Shown here: piece after piece, positions 48,024-59,600 of the stretch
Numbering within the stretch: position 1 is the stretch's first letter
Layout: each line of letters begins with the position of its first letter
Source of the DNA: a virus
Virus record (IMG/VR): IMGVR_UViG_3300028115_000009
Location: 1 to 64,000 of that record
Length of the DNA stretch: 64,000 bases
Direction: 5' to 3' (one strand)
Notes under the pieces: generated by a model
The model's database searches: none
The model's input: only the letters and a program-made list of their open reading frames with translations
What the model was told of the DNA's origin: nothing
Made by a program: the position numbers and the translations under genes

Positions 48024-48254
48024 GAATGTAGCACGAGTTACATTTGCAGGCACTGTCCATAGACAGCATCTTCCACATGCTTGGCATACACAACCACCAG
48101 CGTTTGCACACTGGTGACATGCAAATGCTCGTGAGCTATACACCCAAGTAACTCCGTATTGTAAACCTGTACCTGGAGATAGCTTTGCTTCAGATACTAT
48201 GCCGTTATCGACTTGGTCTGATATAATTCGTTTATAACTTGAATATGATGCCAT
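47415..48254 (-). CDS. Cys/Gly-rich putative fibre-tip/adhesin protein, paralog 3
   Basis: Same frame; 29 Cys in 279 aa. Confidence 0.65.
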   Translation of the reverse strand: MASYSSYKRIISDQVDNGIVSEAKLSPGTGLQYGVTWVYSSRAFACHQCANAGGCVCQACGRCCLWTVPANVTRATFEIWSGGGGGAGHTCCNCCSFSIGGAGGNYAIKTIAVTPGWTYTACAGGSWPCSKSHTCSAAMGCRSYVTGNNLSNFCVTGGCGGWMCNGDAWGPRHHTSGCANCNICGIFGADMGIMGSVGGRMGQTSCRCAGVTSFSGTAPFIGKWDGTQNTEAWCSCGCYVNWPAGGGASGGSSYCGNYAKCCAGGSGQGGSGLVKITYY

Positions 48255-48272
48255 ATTATATTGTATCCTTCA

Positions 48273-50270
48273 TTAGACTGAGAAGATTCTCCATCCGTAA
48301 GTTGTACCGTGCCATATAAGATCAAATGCAGCACCCTCTGTATTTACTGTTAAGTTGGCCGCGTCGCCTTGAATCGGATTACCGTTTCGTGCAATAGTTA
48401 GTGCGTTTGAATCAAATGTTTTTCTTAAATCTAAGAATCTAATAGTATCACCTTTGATAAGTCCTGAAGAACCTGGTAGTGTAATAGTTCTTGCCGCTGC
48501 TGAAGTATCAACGAAGTAACAGTTCCAAATAGCTGCTGTTATGTTTGATGTTACATCACTGTAGTAGAAACCTTGTCCTGCTGCACGCCATGACGTTCCG
48601 TCACTAAATTCAATACAATCAATATCTGTGTTGTAACGTAAAGCACCGTCTACACCAGTTCCGCGTTGTGCTGTAGTACCACGGGCAATTTGAGTATACC
48701 CTGTAACGTTGTGATTAAATCCACTTGAAATTGTTAAACTACCGTTAACTGTATGACTATCAGATGTAGCATTACCTAAGGTTACGTTACCATTTGCACT
48801 TAATGTGCCGCTAACGCTTACGTTACTAGTAAATGTGCCTGATGTAAATCTACCAGTAGAAGCAGTTGTAGCACCAATGCTCATGTTGTTGATTGAGCCG
48901 CCACCTGCTGGTGATAGTGTTACAGTACCTGATCCTGTTGGACTTAGTGTAACGTTTGCACCCGGGCTTAGTGTAACTGTTGAACTTGCAGTTAGTGTTG
49001 TAAATGCACCAGTGTTTGCACTAACGTTACCTACAGCACCTTGGAAACCGCCACCAGCGTATATACGTTTAGCAACAGCAACACCACCGTCAATTTGAAC
49101 TGCACCAACTGTTGTGCTACTTGCTTCTGTTGTTGCGGTAAAGTCTACAGTTGAGTTTGATGCAAGTGTAGTAAATGCACCGCTATTACGTGAAGTATTA
49201 CCAATTGGAGTATTTTGAATACTACCTGCATAAATTGCGCCACTTACACCCAATCCACCTGTTACAACAAGTGTACCACTTGTAGTGTTAGTTGATGCAG
49301 TGTTAGCTGTAAAACCTACACTACTGTTTGCTTCTATGCTTGTAAAGAAACCTGCATTACGAGTATTTTGACCAACTGTTCCTGTAAAGTCTGATGCATT
49401 TATGCGGCCGCCTACACCTAATCCACCTGTTACAATTAATGCACCAGATGATGTACTTGTTGATGCACCAGAACTTGTAGCAGTAATAGTTGGAGCAGTA
49501 ACTGACGTAAATGCACCAGTACTAGGATTAGTACTACCGATACTCATGTTACTAATTGTGCCAAGTGTAGTAGAACTAATAGTTAATGTTCCGCCTGCAT
49601 CAATACTAGTATTGCCAGCTGGATCGATAGTTACGCTACTGCCTGCTCCTGTTGGACTTAATGTTACTGTTTGCGCATTTGATATTGCACTAATATTACC
49701 AAGCATAGTTGTAGTCTTACCTACATCACCTACACTAACTGTGCCGCTTGCTGAACTAATGCTAGCATTGCCAGTTGGTCTAATAGTAACTTGTGCACCA
49801 GGTTGGATCGATACTGAACTTTGTGGACTAATGTCAACTAAACCTGTCCCAGTTGGTTTGATTTCAACATTGTTATCTAACGGATTAAGTTCTACTTTGC
49901 CATCTGCGTTTAGTAAATCATTAAATGTTACTGGTAATTCAAACGTAGTAGGACCCGACAATGCACTTGTTAAAACATAGTTAGTGCCATCCGAAGTTAA
50001 AGTATAAGTAGAGTTAGTTGGAATCTCAATGCTAACGCCAATTGTAACACCGTTACCAATAATTTGTCCTGCTGCTGTTTCTAGTGTAATACTACCAGCA
50101 GTTGCATTGTAAAATGTTTGCTTACTACCGGGGAAGAATACTGGACTAACAAGCGTTACAGTATAGCCCGGGGTACCAGTTAAGGAAATTATTCCTCCGG
50201 TAAATGCGTAAGTAAATGTCTGCGCACCCGTAACTTCTAATGTTTGAGGTGCTGTATTATAACGTGCCAT
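48273..50270 (-). CDS. Ser/Thr/Gly-rich tail fibre protein
   Basis: Repeats of STSTSSGALIVTGGLGV and IG...GAFT; C-terminal YFVDTS..TITLP..GD..LTIARNG..GW domain. Confidence 0.75.
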   Translation of the reverse strand: MARYNTAPQTLEVTGAQTFTYAFTGGIISLTGTPGYTVTLVSPVFFPGSKQTFYNATAGSITLETAAGQIIGNGVTIGVSIEIPTNSTYTLTSDGTNYVLTSALSGPTTFELPVTFNDLLNADGKVELNPLDNNVEIKPTGTGLVDISPQSSVSIQPGAQVTIRPTGNASISSASGTVSVGDVGKTTTMLGNISAISNAQTVTLSPTGAGSSVTIDPAGNTSIDAGGTLTISSTTLGTISNMSIGSTNPSTGAFTSVTAPTITATSSGASTSTSSGALIVTGGLGVGGRINASDFTGTVGQNTRNAGFFTSIEANSSVGFTANTASTNTTSGTLVVTGGLGVSGAIYAGSIQNTPIGNTSRNSGAFTTLASNSTVDFTATTEASSTTVGAVQIDGGVAVAKRIYAGGGFQGAVGNVSANTGAFTTLTASSTVTLSPGANVTLSPTGSGTVTLSPAGGGSINNMSIGATTASTGRFTSGTFTSNVSVSGTLSANGNVTLGNATSDSHTVNGSLTISSGFNHNVTGYTQIARGTTAQRGTGVDGALRYNTDIDCIEFSDGTSWRAAGQGFYYSDVTSNITAAIWNCYFVDTSAAARTITLPGSSGLIKGDTIRFLDLRKTFDSNALTIARNGNPIQGDAANLTVNTEGAAFDLIWHGTTYGWRIFSV

Positions 50271-50284
50271 ATTCTTCTAATCCC

Positions 50285-50605
50285 TTATGTAGTTGATGTT
50301 TCAATGCCGTATACAGTACACCCAACGTTCGCTTGTGTTGAATACACAACTAAGTTTAATCCGCCCTGCATTACTAAACCTGTACGCTCAAATACACCAT
50401 TTGGAATTAATACAGTGTTGTACTCAATCCATTCTTGATCGGTGGGCGTAGCAGTTGTTGCCATTGCTACACGTATATTTACCGAAGTTGTATTCCTGTT
50501 TGTTAGTGAGATATTTGCCACAGCGTAGGTTCCTACTGGAACTGTATACGCTGTAGTATTTGTTGTTGCAGGTATATCTACGTTACCTAGTCTTCCTGTT
50601 GCCAT
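50285..50605 (-). CDS. Small fibre-associated structural protein
   Basis: 106-aa beta-rich ORF between the fibre genes, with a GGAG RBS. Confidence 0.6.
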   Translation of the reverse strand: MATGRLGNVDIPATTNTTAYTVPVGTYAVANISLTNRNTTSVNIRVAMATTATPTDQEWIEYNTVLIPNGVFERTGLVMQGGLNLVVYSTQANVGCTVYGIETSTT

Positions 50606-50620
50606 TTGTTTTCTCCGTTG

Positions 50621-53600
50621 TTATCTTGCTAAGAAGAATCCTAGTGCAACTGGAGCACCATCAATTCCACCTGTAAAGTTCATCTTCGCTTTAATATTTA
50701 GCTGTCCGCCGTTGGTAGTTGTTATTTCATCGTTTGCAATAAACACAACACCTGAAGTTAGTGTGTTAACGTTCAAACTAGACTGACCGCCACCAATCTG
50801 TGCAGTAATGTACGATTTAATCGCACGTTGCGTTGGAACAATGTTATCACTATTTGCAGTAAAGAATGGATCTGTACTGAACTGAGTAATAACAGCTGAA
50901 CCAATACCAAGTCCAATACCGTTAAGCTGCAACGATTGTAGACCTGCTAAGTTAAACGCATCTGCATCCAATGTCGCTGTACCAGTACTCTGTTGAACAC
51001 CGAACAATCCACCAACGTTAAAGTTACCGTCTTGGTCAGTACTTGTAAAGAACACTCGTCCGCCACCACTTGATAGCTGTTGCACATCTTGGTTAGCTGT
51101 AGTAATATCAACATACGGATAGTTAGTATCAGCTTGGTTACCAGTACCAATGTACAAGAAGTCATGTCCTGTTAGACGTACTTGCGAGTACTTATTAGTT
51201 GTAGTAACTAATGTACCGTCTAGAGGTGCATCAAGTATAGTTAATGCAGGACTAATTTGGAAAGTTGCATTATAGTTGCCTTGACTTCCAAGTATGCCGC
51301 TCACTGCTACTAGTTTGTACCAAGTACCAGTTTTGCTTGCAAACACAATGTTTGAACCAGGTATCGGTAAGTCAAACAATCCGCGTACAGCAATAAATGT
51401 ACTTGCCTGGAACAAGTCTGAATAGCCATCGCCTGCTACTTCAACTGTTGCTGTTTGATAACCTGAACCTCTGTTAGTGAAGCTTGGGTTAGCAAGTGCG
51501 CCATTGCCTTGTCTTGCATGAACCGGAGCATCAATAGTTGAGTTAGGATCAGTAATAGTTGCAATCGGCCCTGCTTTAAATGTTGCTCCAGTTAATGTAG
51601 TAGTTTCAATAGCAACCGGTGTGCCACTACCTGCAATTAGACTTACAGTAATAGTTGTTCCACTTGGTATAGTGTTAATATAGTATGGTGTTTCATTTAC
51701 TAATCCTGAATCAGTAACATTAGTAAATGTAATTGGTTGATTCTGTACTAAACGTGCTGTTGAATCTAAAGTGATTGTGTTCGCACTAGTAGTACTTACT
51801 ACTGTTCCGTTTGGATAACCTGAACCAGGTTCAACCATTCTAGTCGAAATAATAGAACCATCAGTTTCTACTAGTCTACCTAATGCTTTAGCACCAGTTT
51901 CAACATAGTTAACAACATTATTTGCTGCATTAGTAAATGCTGCCCAGATTGGCTTGCTATTTGGATTACCAAACACTAGCCCGTTCCACGCTGCGCTTGA
52001 ACCAAGTGCTTGTTCATTCCATGTAATACCGTCTGTACTTGTTGCACACACCGCAGTACCTTCGGCTACTGCTATGAACAAACCTTGTCCATATTTAACT
52101 TTAGACCAGTTGCCTGCTGTTGGTAATCCTGCTGGTGATGCAACCCAAGTTGCACCTTTGTCGTAACTAACTGCAACTTCTCTGCTACCTGTTGCAATAG
52201 CAACAAATCTACCATTTCCGTATGCAACACTAGCCCAAGTATTTGAGGATGGTAATGTACCACCTTCTGCCCAAGTAATGCCGTTAGCACTTTTTGCTAC
52301 TTTATTGCCACCTGTGTTGATTGCAACATAAGTAGCTGCGCCATATGCTACACCGCTAAATGTACCAGCACTTAATGTAATGTTAGTTCTTGAAACCCAA
52401 GCACTGCCATCTGTTGATGTTGCAGCACTTCCTGATCCGCCTGCGCCGCCTACTGCAACATACACTCCGTCACCATAAGTTACAGAAGTAAAGTTGCTGT
52501 TTGGCAATGCAGTTCCTGCACTCCATGTATTGTCTGACTTAGCATTAGCAAGTGTTATGTTAGCGTTACTTGTACTACCGTTTGCAATAGCTACAAACTT
52601 GGCGCTTGCATCAATAATTTCAATAGTAGGAACACTAGTGTATCCAGCGCCTACTGTATCAATAGTGATACTTGCTACGCCTTCGTTATCCATAACTGCT
52701 GTTGCTGTTGCAGATTCTGATGCGCCTCCGCCACTAATTGTAACAGTAGGTGTAGTTTTGTAACCATTACCAAACGAGTCAACAATGATTTCAGTAACTT
52801 TATCAGTTTCAGCAGTAATAGTTGGAACTGCGCCATAACCAGCACCTGTACTTGTCATGATTACTTCTTGAATCACTCCATTAAGAACTGTACATACTGC
52901 ACTTGCGCCACCGCCGCCTGATGTTGGAGTAATAGTTATCGTTGGAGCACTTGAGAAACCTTTACCGCCATTAATAACATTAATCTGTTTAATCTGCGTC
53001 GGTCCTGGTAAGCCAATGCTGTTTAATTCTCCTAGTTCGGCCTCAAGCACTGCGCCTGATCCGCCTAATCCACCAATAATAACACGAGCTGTTGCTCCTG
53101 TGCCGCCACCAAACGCAACATCTGCCCAGTTAGCACTTGTACTTAATGCACCACTTGATGTCCAAGTTTTGCCATCAGCAGATGCATAAGTAGCTGTTCC
53201 GCCATTCTGTAGAGCAACAAAGTGTCCATCAGCATATGATGCAGCTCTAATTGATTCTGTACCACTTGTAGTTGTTGCTGTAGCAACATAGCCTGGACCT
53301 GTAAACTTAATGCGAGGCTCAATTGTGTAGCCAGATGTTAGATCTAGACCAGCAGCAATTGGAGTTCCTGGAATAACATGATCCCATCCCGCAGCATATA
53401 GTGTTACACTACCTGTAGCAGTTGACAGCGTTACATCTGCTCCGCCTTCTTCGTCGCTAACTGTAAACTGTGTTCCACTTGTTATAGCAGTTACATAGTA
53501 ATCATTAGCAGCAGTTAATCCACCAATGTCATCGCTTAGATAAATTGGCATATCAACATACAATGATGCTGTGCTTGCAACTGTTAATACATTTGTAGTA

Positions 53601-56600
53601 ACTGTAGTGTTAGTAACTGTTAAGTTTTCAAAGCTGTCTTTATAAACTTTAGCAACTTTAAGACCGTTGTTATATGTTAAAATGTTACCATATTGTCCTA
53701 CGCCAGTACCTGCTGTAATCTGAATGCGCATACCGTTGTATGCCCCAAGCAATGCTGTATCAGTAGCAGCAATAGTAGCACTAATTAAGTCACCGCCCTG
53801 TGCAACGTTTTTAGCAGTTACATAATCTGCACCACCTGTCTCGTTACCGTCATCTAAGTCAATTAAGCGTGTTTCAAATATTGCACCGTCACGTGTTTCA
53901 TCAGCAATAGTTGTTGCGTTAAAGCCTGATCCACTAATTGCATATTGTGCGTTAGTGTAATCGCGACCAGCGTTATCAAATTCGAAGCGGAATACTTGTT
54001 GATCACCATCAGTAATAACTTCTGATATGTATGCTTCTTGTGACAAGTTATCAACTTCACAGTACAATGGAACTTCACCGGTATCTGTGCCTTCAGCAAT
54101 CGTACCATATGTACCATATGAACTGTTACCGTTTGTAGCACGAATACGTCCACCTAAGTCGGCTAAGTATCCTGAATAGTTGTAGTATGCGAACACAGAC
54201 ACAAGTTCTGTTAGTGAGTTATTACCGCTACACCATACACCGATACCATCTGATAGTACTTGTGTAAAGTCGTTGCTAACTGTTGATCTGTTGCCGCCAG
54301 CGTGTAATGCACCATCAATCTTGTTACCAACACAACCAACACCAAAGTTAGTTACGTTCTGAATGTATGGAGATTTATTAGTAATCCATGCTTCTGTATC
54401 CCATGGACCAAATCCTGGATCAAGCGATACATATGCACCTGCTGTTGGACGTCTTGTACCAAACTCATTAAGTTCAGTTAAGTTTCCTCTTAGACCGCTT
54501 AGTGTCATATTACGAACACCAGTTGAGTTACGTACATAGAACATGTCTGAGCGCTCTGAACCTTCTACTGCATTCAAGTACAATATTGCAGCTCTTAATG
54601 CATGGTGGTTTCCTGGATACTGTAGATCATGTGCTACAGCTTCAACATAACGAATCATGTCTCTACGGCATGCAACAGGATCAAACGAGTATGTAACTGT
54701 AGCTTCTGTTACTCCGCCTGTTACAATAGTTACTTCTGTGCCACCAATAGTTGTGCTTACAGTGAATTGCTCAGGTGCTAATATCGCCTTTACATAATAA
54801 GTAATGCCCGGAGTCAATTCATCAATTGTATCACTAAACACTACAGGATCATTAACTGCTAAATTATGTGCCGTTGATGTTTGAACTGCGTTATTACCAT
54901 TTGACACTGCTGTAACTGTATTACTAAATGTTTGTGTTACCCAAGCAGTTGCTTCATTTGCTAAGAAATTTTTGTTAGCTTTAAGAATTTCAACACCTTT
55001 TGCAACTTCAACGTTGTTGTAGTAGGCAATAGTGCCAGTAGTTTCCGGAGTTTCATTAACACCTTTGTCAAGCATATTAATGATAATATCCATTAAGCTA
55101 TTTGCTCGTTTTACTGCTGTTGGAGAAGCGGTAATATATGATGCTATTTTATTTTTAAGTTCTCTGTATGATTGTACAGTTGCAGTTTTCTGAGCACCTA
55201 GTACTAGATCTGCTTGCGCACCGCGATAATATGCACTTGCTGCTGCAATTGTGCGATAGTTACTATCGACCATCATATCGTAACCAATAGCATCAACAAT
55301 GTAGCCAACGTCTCTTGCACACTTATCTTCGTCGTACACTAGTGTTGGATAATTATCTGCAATATATTGAGTAATAGCAGTTTTAATAATTTCCTTAGAT
55401 CCTGATAAGTTGAGATTTTGTTGCTTAATGACAGCATTAACACTACTAATATCTGGATTACTTTTATTAACTATTAGTGTTTCTGTACTAGTACTATCTG
55501 ATAGTACATGTGTTGTACCATTAAATGTTTCTGATATTGTAAAAGTAGTAGTATTTGGAACACTCTTAATATAATAAATTTGACCGCCTGTGACTGTATC
55601 AAATCCGCTCACTGATGATACTTCATCGCCTATTTTAAAGTTATGTTCTGCATCTGACGTTAATACATTAGATGTTACGTCAACAATTGTAACTGTGTCA
55701 AATGCTGAAACACCGTCATTAATAAGTGCAATAGCATAATCCATTAGTGCTACGACTCTTAATGCTGAGTTAGCATCACCAATAATTTGTACATTTTCGT
55801 CTCTAAATACAGGTGTTACTTCAGTTTGAATTGCATAAGGACTTCCTACTTGGTTTATTGCTAAATCACTTGCTAAGAATTTAACCCATTCGTAGGCTGC
55901 GATTGTTGCAACTTTATCGTTTTCGTCAATTTGTAACGTTGTGCCTACGTAGTATGCCATTGCTGCTTCTTGAGTTGCAGAAGTTCCGCCGTATACTAAG
56001 TCGTAACGTAATGCATCGATTAATAGTCCTACGTCACGAATACATTTTTCTTGACTAAATTCTACTAATGGATATTCAGCTGCAATAAATGCAAGAACTT
56101 CTGCTTGTATAAACTCTTTGTTATCCCAAATAGTTATAGCAGCCGCAGCATCATTTTCGTCAACTGTTGATAACGCTTTAATTCTAAGTGTAGGTTTCTT
56201 ACCGCCGTCAATGTATGCTGTAATGTCATTAATAATAAGTTCTGCATGTGCAGACGCTGTTGTTGCTGCTATGTGTTTAACTTTTTGTTTCAAGAAGTTA
56301 ACAGCACCTACTGATGCATCTAACTGGTTGTTTGTAACAATTGCAGTTGATGCAAGTATTCTGTAGTATGCCATTCCTGCTTTAATTGAAGCAAAGTTTG
56401 AACCAGTTAACATGTCACGTATTACTGCATCAGTCATTAGACCGGTGTCTCTACGACAAGTTTCTTGATTGTATTGTAGTTTCTGCCAGTTCTTCTCTAC
56501 CCAGTAAACTGTATCTTCAATAATTTCATATCTACGTGAAACTAATGCATCATAAGATGTTTTAACTTCAAGGCCAGCCCAATCAGTTGCAATTTCAATA

Positions 56601-59600
56601 GTAGCATTTGGCTCACCGTTGTTAATCCAATCTAATACATCGTCAACACGATCTTCAGCAAATTCAATAGATGCTGCATTACCAGCAGTTCCACTAACAT
56701 CTTGTGTTAAAGTATTGCCAGGTGACTTAGTCCATGAACCTGTGTCTTCTGCAATAACCCAACCAATAACATCGCGCATTCTATCGTATGCACCTAGTGT
56801 TGCTGGAAGTTCGTTGGCACCAATTGTTAATACAAAGTTTGAGTAGTATGCACTACCTGCAATTAACGACTGTGTGTTACCACCGTATGTTAGATCGTAG
56901 CGGATAGCATCAATAATGTAACCAACATCGCGGATACACTTATCTTGTGCGTCTGCGCCTAGTGTAGCCCAGAATGTATCAAAACCGTTATTGCTATCTT
57001 CTAACCACTTGCGTACTTCTAATTGAATAAACGCACTGTTTACTGCTAATTGATCAGCTGCATTACCGTATGTAGTAGTAACACCAGTTGTGTTGCTAGT
57101 AGTTGCATATGCAGTATCTACTAGGTTAGCAGTGTTATAATTTGTCGGAGTCGGCAACACATAAGCCGGAACAGCAGTTAATCCACTTTGAACAACTGTT
57201 TTAATTGTTTCTGCTTTTGATGCTACTGCAAGTGCTGCTGTTGTTGTACCAACTTCACTTGTTGAGCCTTCCGTAAGCTGTGTAAGTGCTTCATCAATAA
57301 AGCTAATAGTACTTAATGTTGCTGCTAATTGATTGTCAATGACATATTCCGTTGATGTAATACCTCTACGGTATGCCATACCTGCTTTTGCACTACGGAA
57401 ATCACTACCAAATAGTACGTCATATGCAATTGCGTCAACAATGTAGCCAACGTCTCTTGCACACTTAGCTTCATCGTAAGTTAAGTCTGGATAGATAAAG
57501 TTAATGTAATCAATTGCACCCTGTTGTATAACAGAACGTCTAGCATCGATTACAGATTTTAGATCTACCAATGCACTATCAACCCATGTTAGCGACGGAC
57601 TAATTAATGCAGGTGTATCACCTGTATCAATTGTATTATAAATTTCGTTAATGCGATCTTGAGCAAATGCTGCTGCGCCTGCACTACCTGCTGTTCCAGT
57701 AATGTCTTGCGTTGCTGCGTTGCTTGATGACTTTGTCCAACCAGCAGTGTTACCGATAGCAATGTTATCAATGATGTCTGCTAAACGTGCTTGTACAGCT
57801 AGTGCAGCAGTCTTTTGATCGCTTGGTTCTTGGAATACTCCATCAACATAGTAAGCTCTAGCAGCAACAATAGTTTCTAAGTTACCACGATATGTTAAGT
57901 CATACTCAAGTGCATCTAGAATGTATTCCATGTCACGTAAGCATGATGCTTTCTGATCTGAATCTAAGCTAATCCATAATGCATTGTAGTTGTCAGTCAT
58001 GTATGCTTCAACTTCTGCAACTAGGAAATCTTTGTTTAATTTAATTAAACGTCTTGCATTAAAGAATCCAGTATCATATCCTGTTGGATCAGGAATTACA
58101 AAACTTGTCGGTATTGAACCAGATCCATTTTCTAAGATATCAGCGATAAGTGCAGTACTTTCAGCTACTTTAGTAGTACCTGTAGTAATAGCTTTGATTT
58201 GCTCTCTAACATAATCAATAGAACCGATAGTAGGTTCTAGCTGGCTGTCAAGAACTATTCCTGTAGAAGCAATGCCTCTACGATATGCCATACCTGCTTT
58301 GAGTGAACGGAAGTCACTACCGAACATAATGTCGTAACGTAGTGCGTCAATAATATATCCTAAATCACGTGAACACTTAGCTTCATCGTATGTTAAGTCT
58401 GGATAATTTTCATTAATCCAACTAATTGCGCCTGCTTGAATTGTTGCTTTTGCAGCTACGATTGCTGTATTAACTGTAGTCAATGTAGTAGGCACCCATG
58501 TAATGTCAGCAGCAACTTCAGAAGCAAGTGTACCGTCTGTATCAATGGTGTCATAAACTTCTTGTACTAATGCTTCTGCTTTCGATGCTGCGCCTGCGCT
58601 GCCTGCATCATTATCTTTATTTTGTAATTCGCCATTATCTGGACTTAATACAACATCAGTTTCAAGAATAACTTCGCCTACAATAGTTTTCAAACGTGCA
58701 TAAGCAGCAAGTGTTTCGTCTTTTTCGCCAGCGCCGTAAACAGGACTACCTTCTACAAAATAAGCTCTTGCAGCTACAGTAGTTTCTAAATTTCCGCCGT
58801 ATGTTAAATCGTAAATGATTGCATCAATAATGTAACCAGTATCTCTAGCACATGCTACTGCATCGTAAGTAAATGCCGATGTAAATGGTGCAGTTTCATT
58901 TAATACTTGATCTGCAATCCAAGCTGTAATTTCTGCTTGTAAAAATGCCTTGTTAGCTGTTAACTGTGTTACTGCATTTGCGTAGCCACTGTCACTGGCA
59001 TTACCAGTTCCGCTTGTCGGTGTAGGATTAGATACTTCGTAAGCATTTGCAACAGATATACCATTTTCAAGAATATCTGATATTAATTCAATGCCAGTGT
59101 TTAGTCTGTTAGTTGAAGTTGTTGTACCGCCATAACCGTTAATATACGCTTGAGAAGCAGTGTTTCCTGATGTTGGAGCAATTGCAATATTTTGCATTAG
59201 ATCAGGAATTAAATCTTTAATTCTGTTCAAAGCACTTGTAGTTTTAGATTTATCATTAACAAGTAACGGAACTGCCGGAGCAGGCTGTATTACAGAAGTA
59301 CGTAATTCGTCACCAACGATTGCAGTGTATTCTGGTACAATAATTGGAAGTATTTCATTGTAAGTACCAGTTTTAATAAACACTGTTGTATTTGGATTTG
59401 TTACAGTAGGTATAGCTGTTGCAGAACCTGCACTAATACCAGTTGTAATAATATCAATAAGATTAGCTGCTTTAGAAATTCCAGTTGCTTCAGCTTCTAA
59501 TGTAAAGTCGATGATTTGTACAGATCTATCTTCAAGTGCAACACCGTTTAAAGATTGGTAGCTAAGTGGTTGCTCATTTGACAGTACTGATGCTACTATA

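Noticed and set aside
45709-48254. Diversity-generating retroelement (TR/VR pair) explaining the repeated DNA
   Set aside because: All copies lie in intact paralogous genes, the differences do not appear adenine-specific, and no reverse transcriptase is in the window.
45709-48254. RiPP precursors or metallothioneins matured by the nearby enzymes
   Set aside because: At about 280 aa, with a glycine-rich domain frame and a position between fibre and chaperone genes, they fit structural proteins better; no leader/core pattern, protease or exporter is seen.
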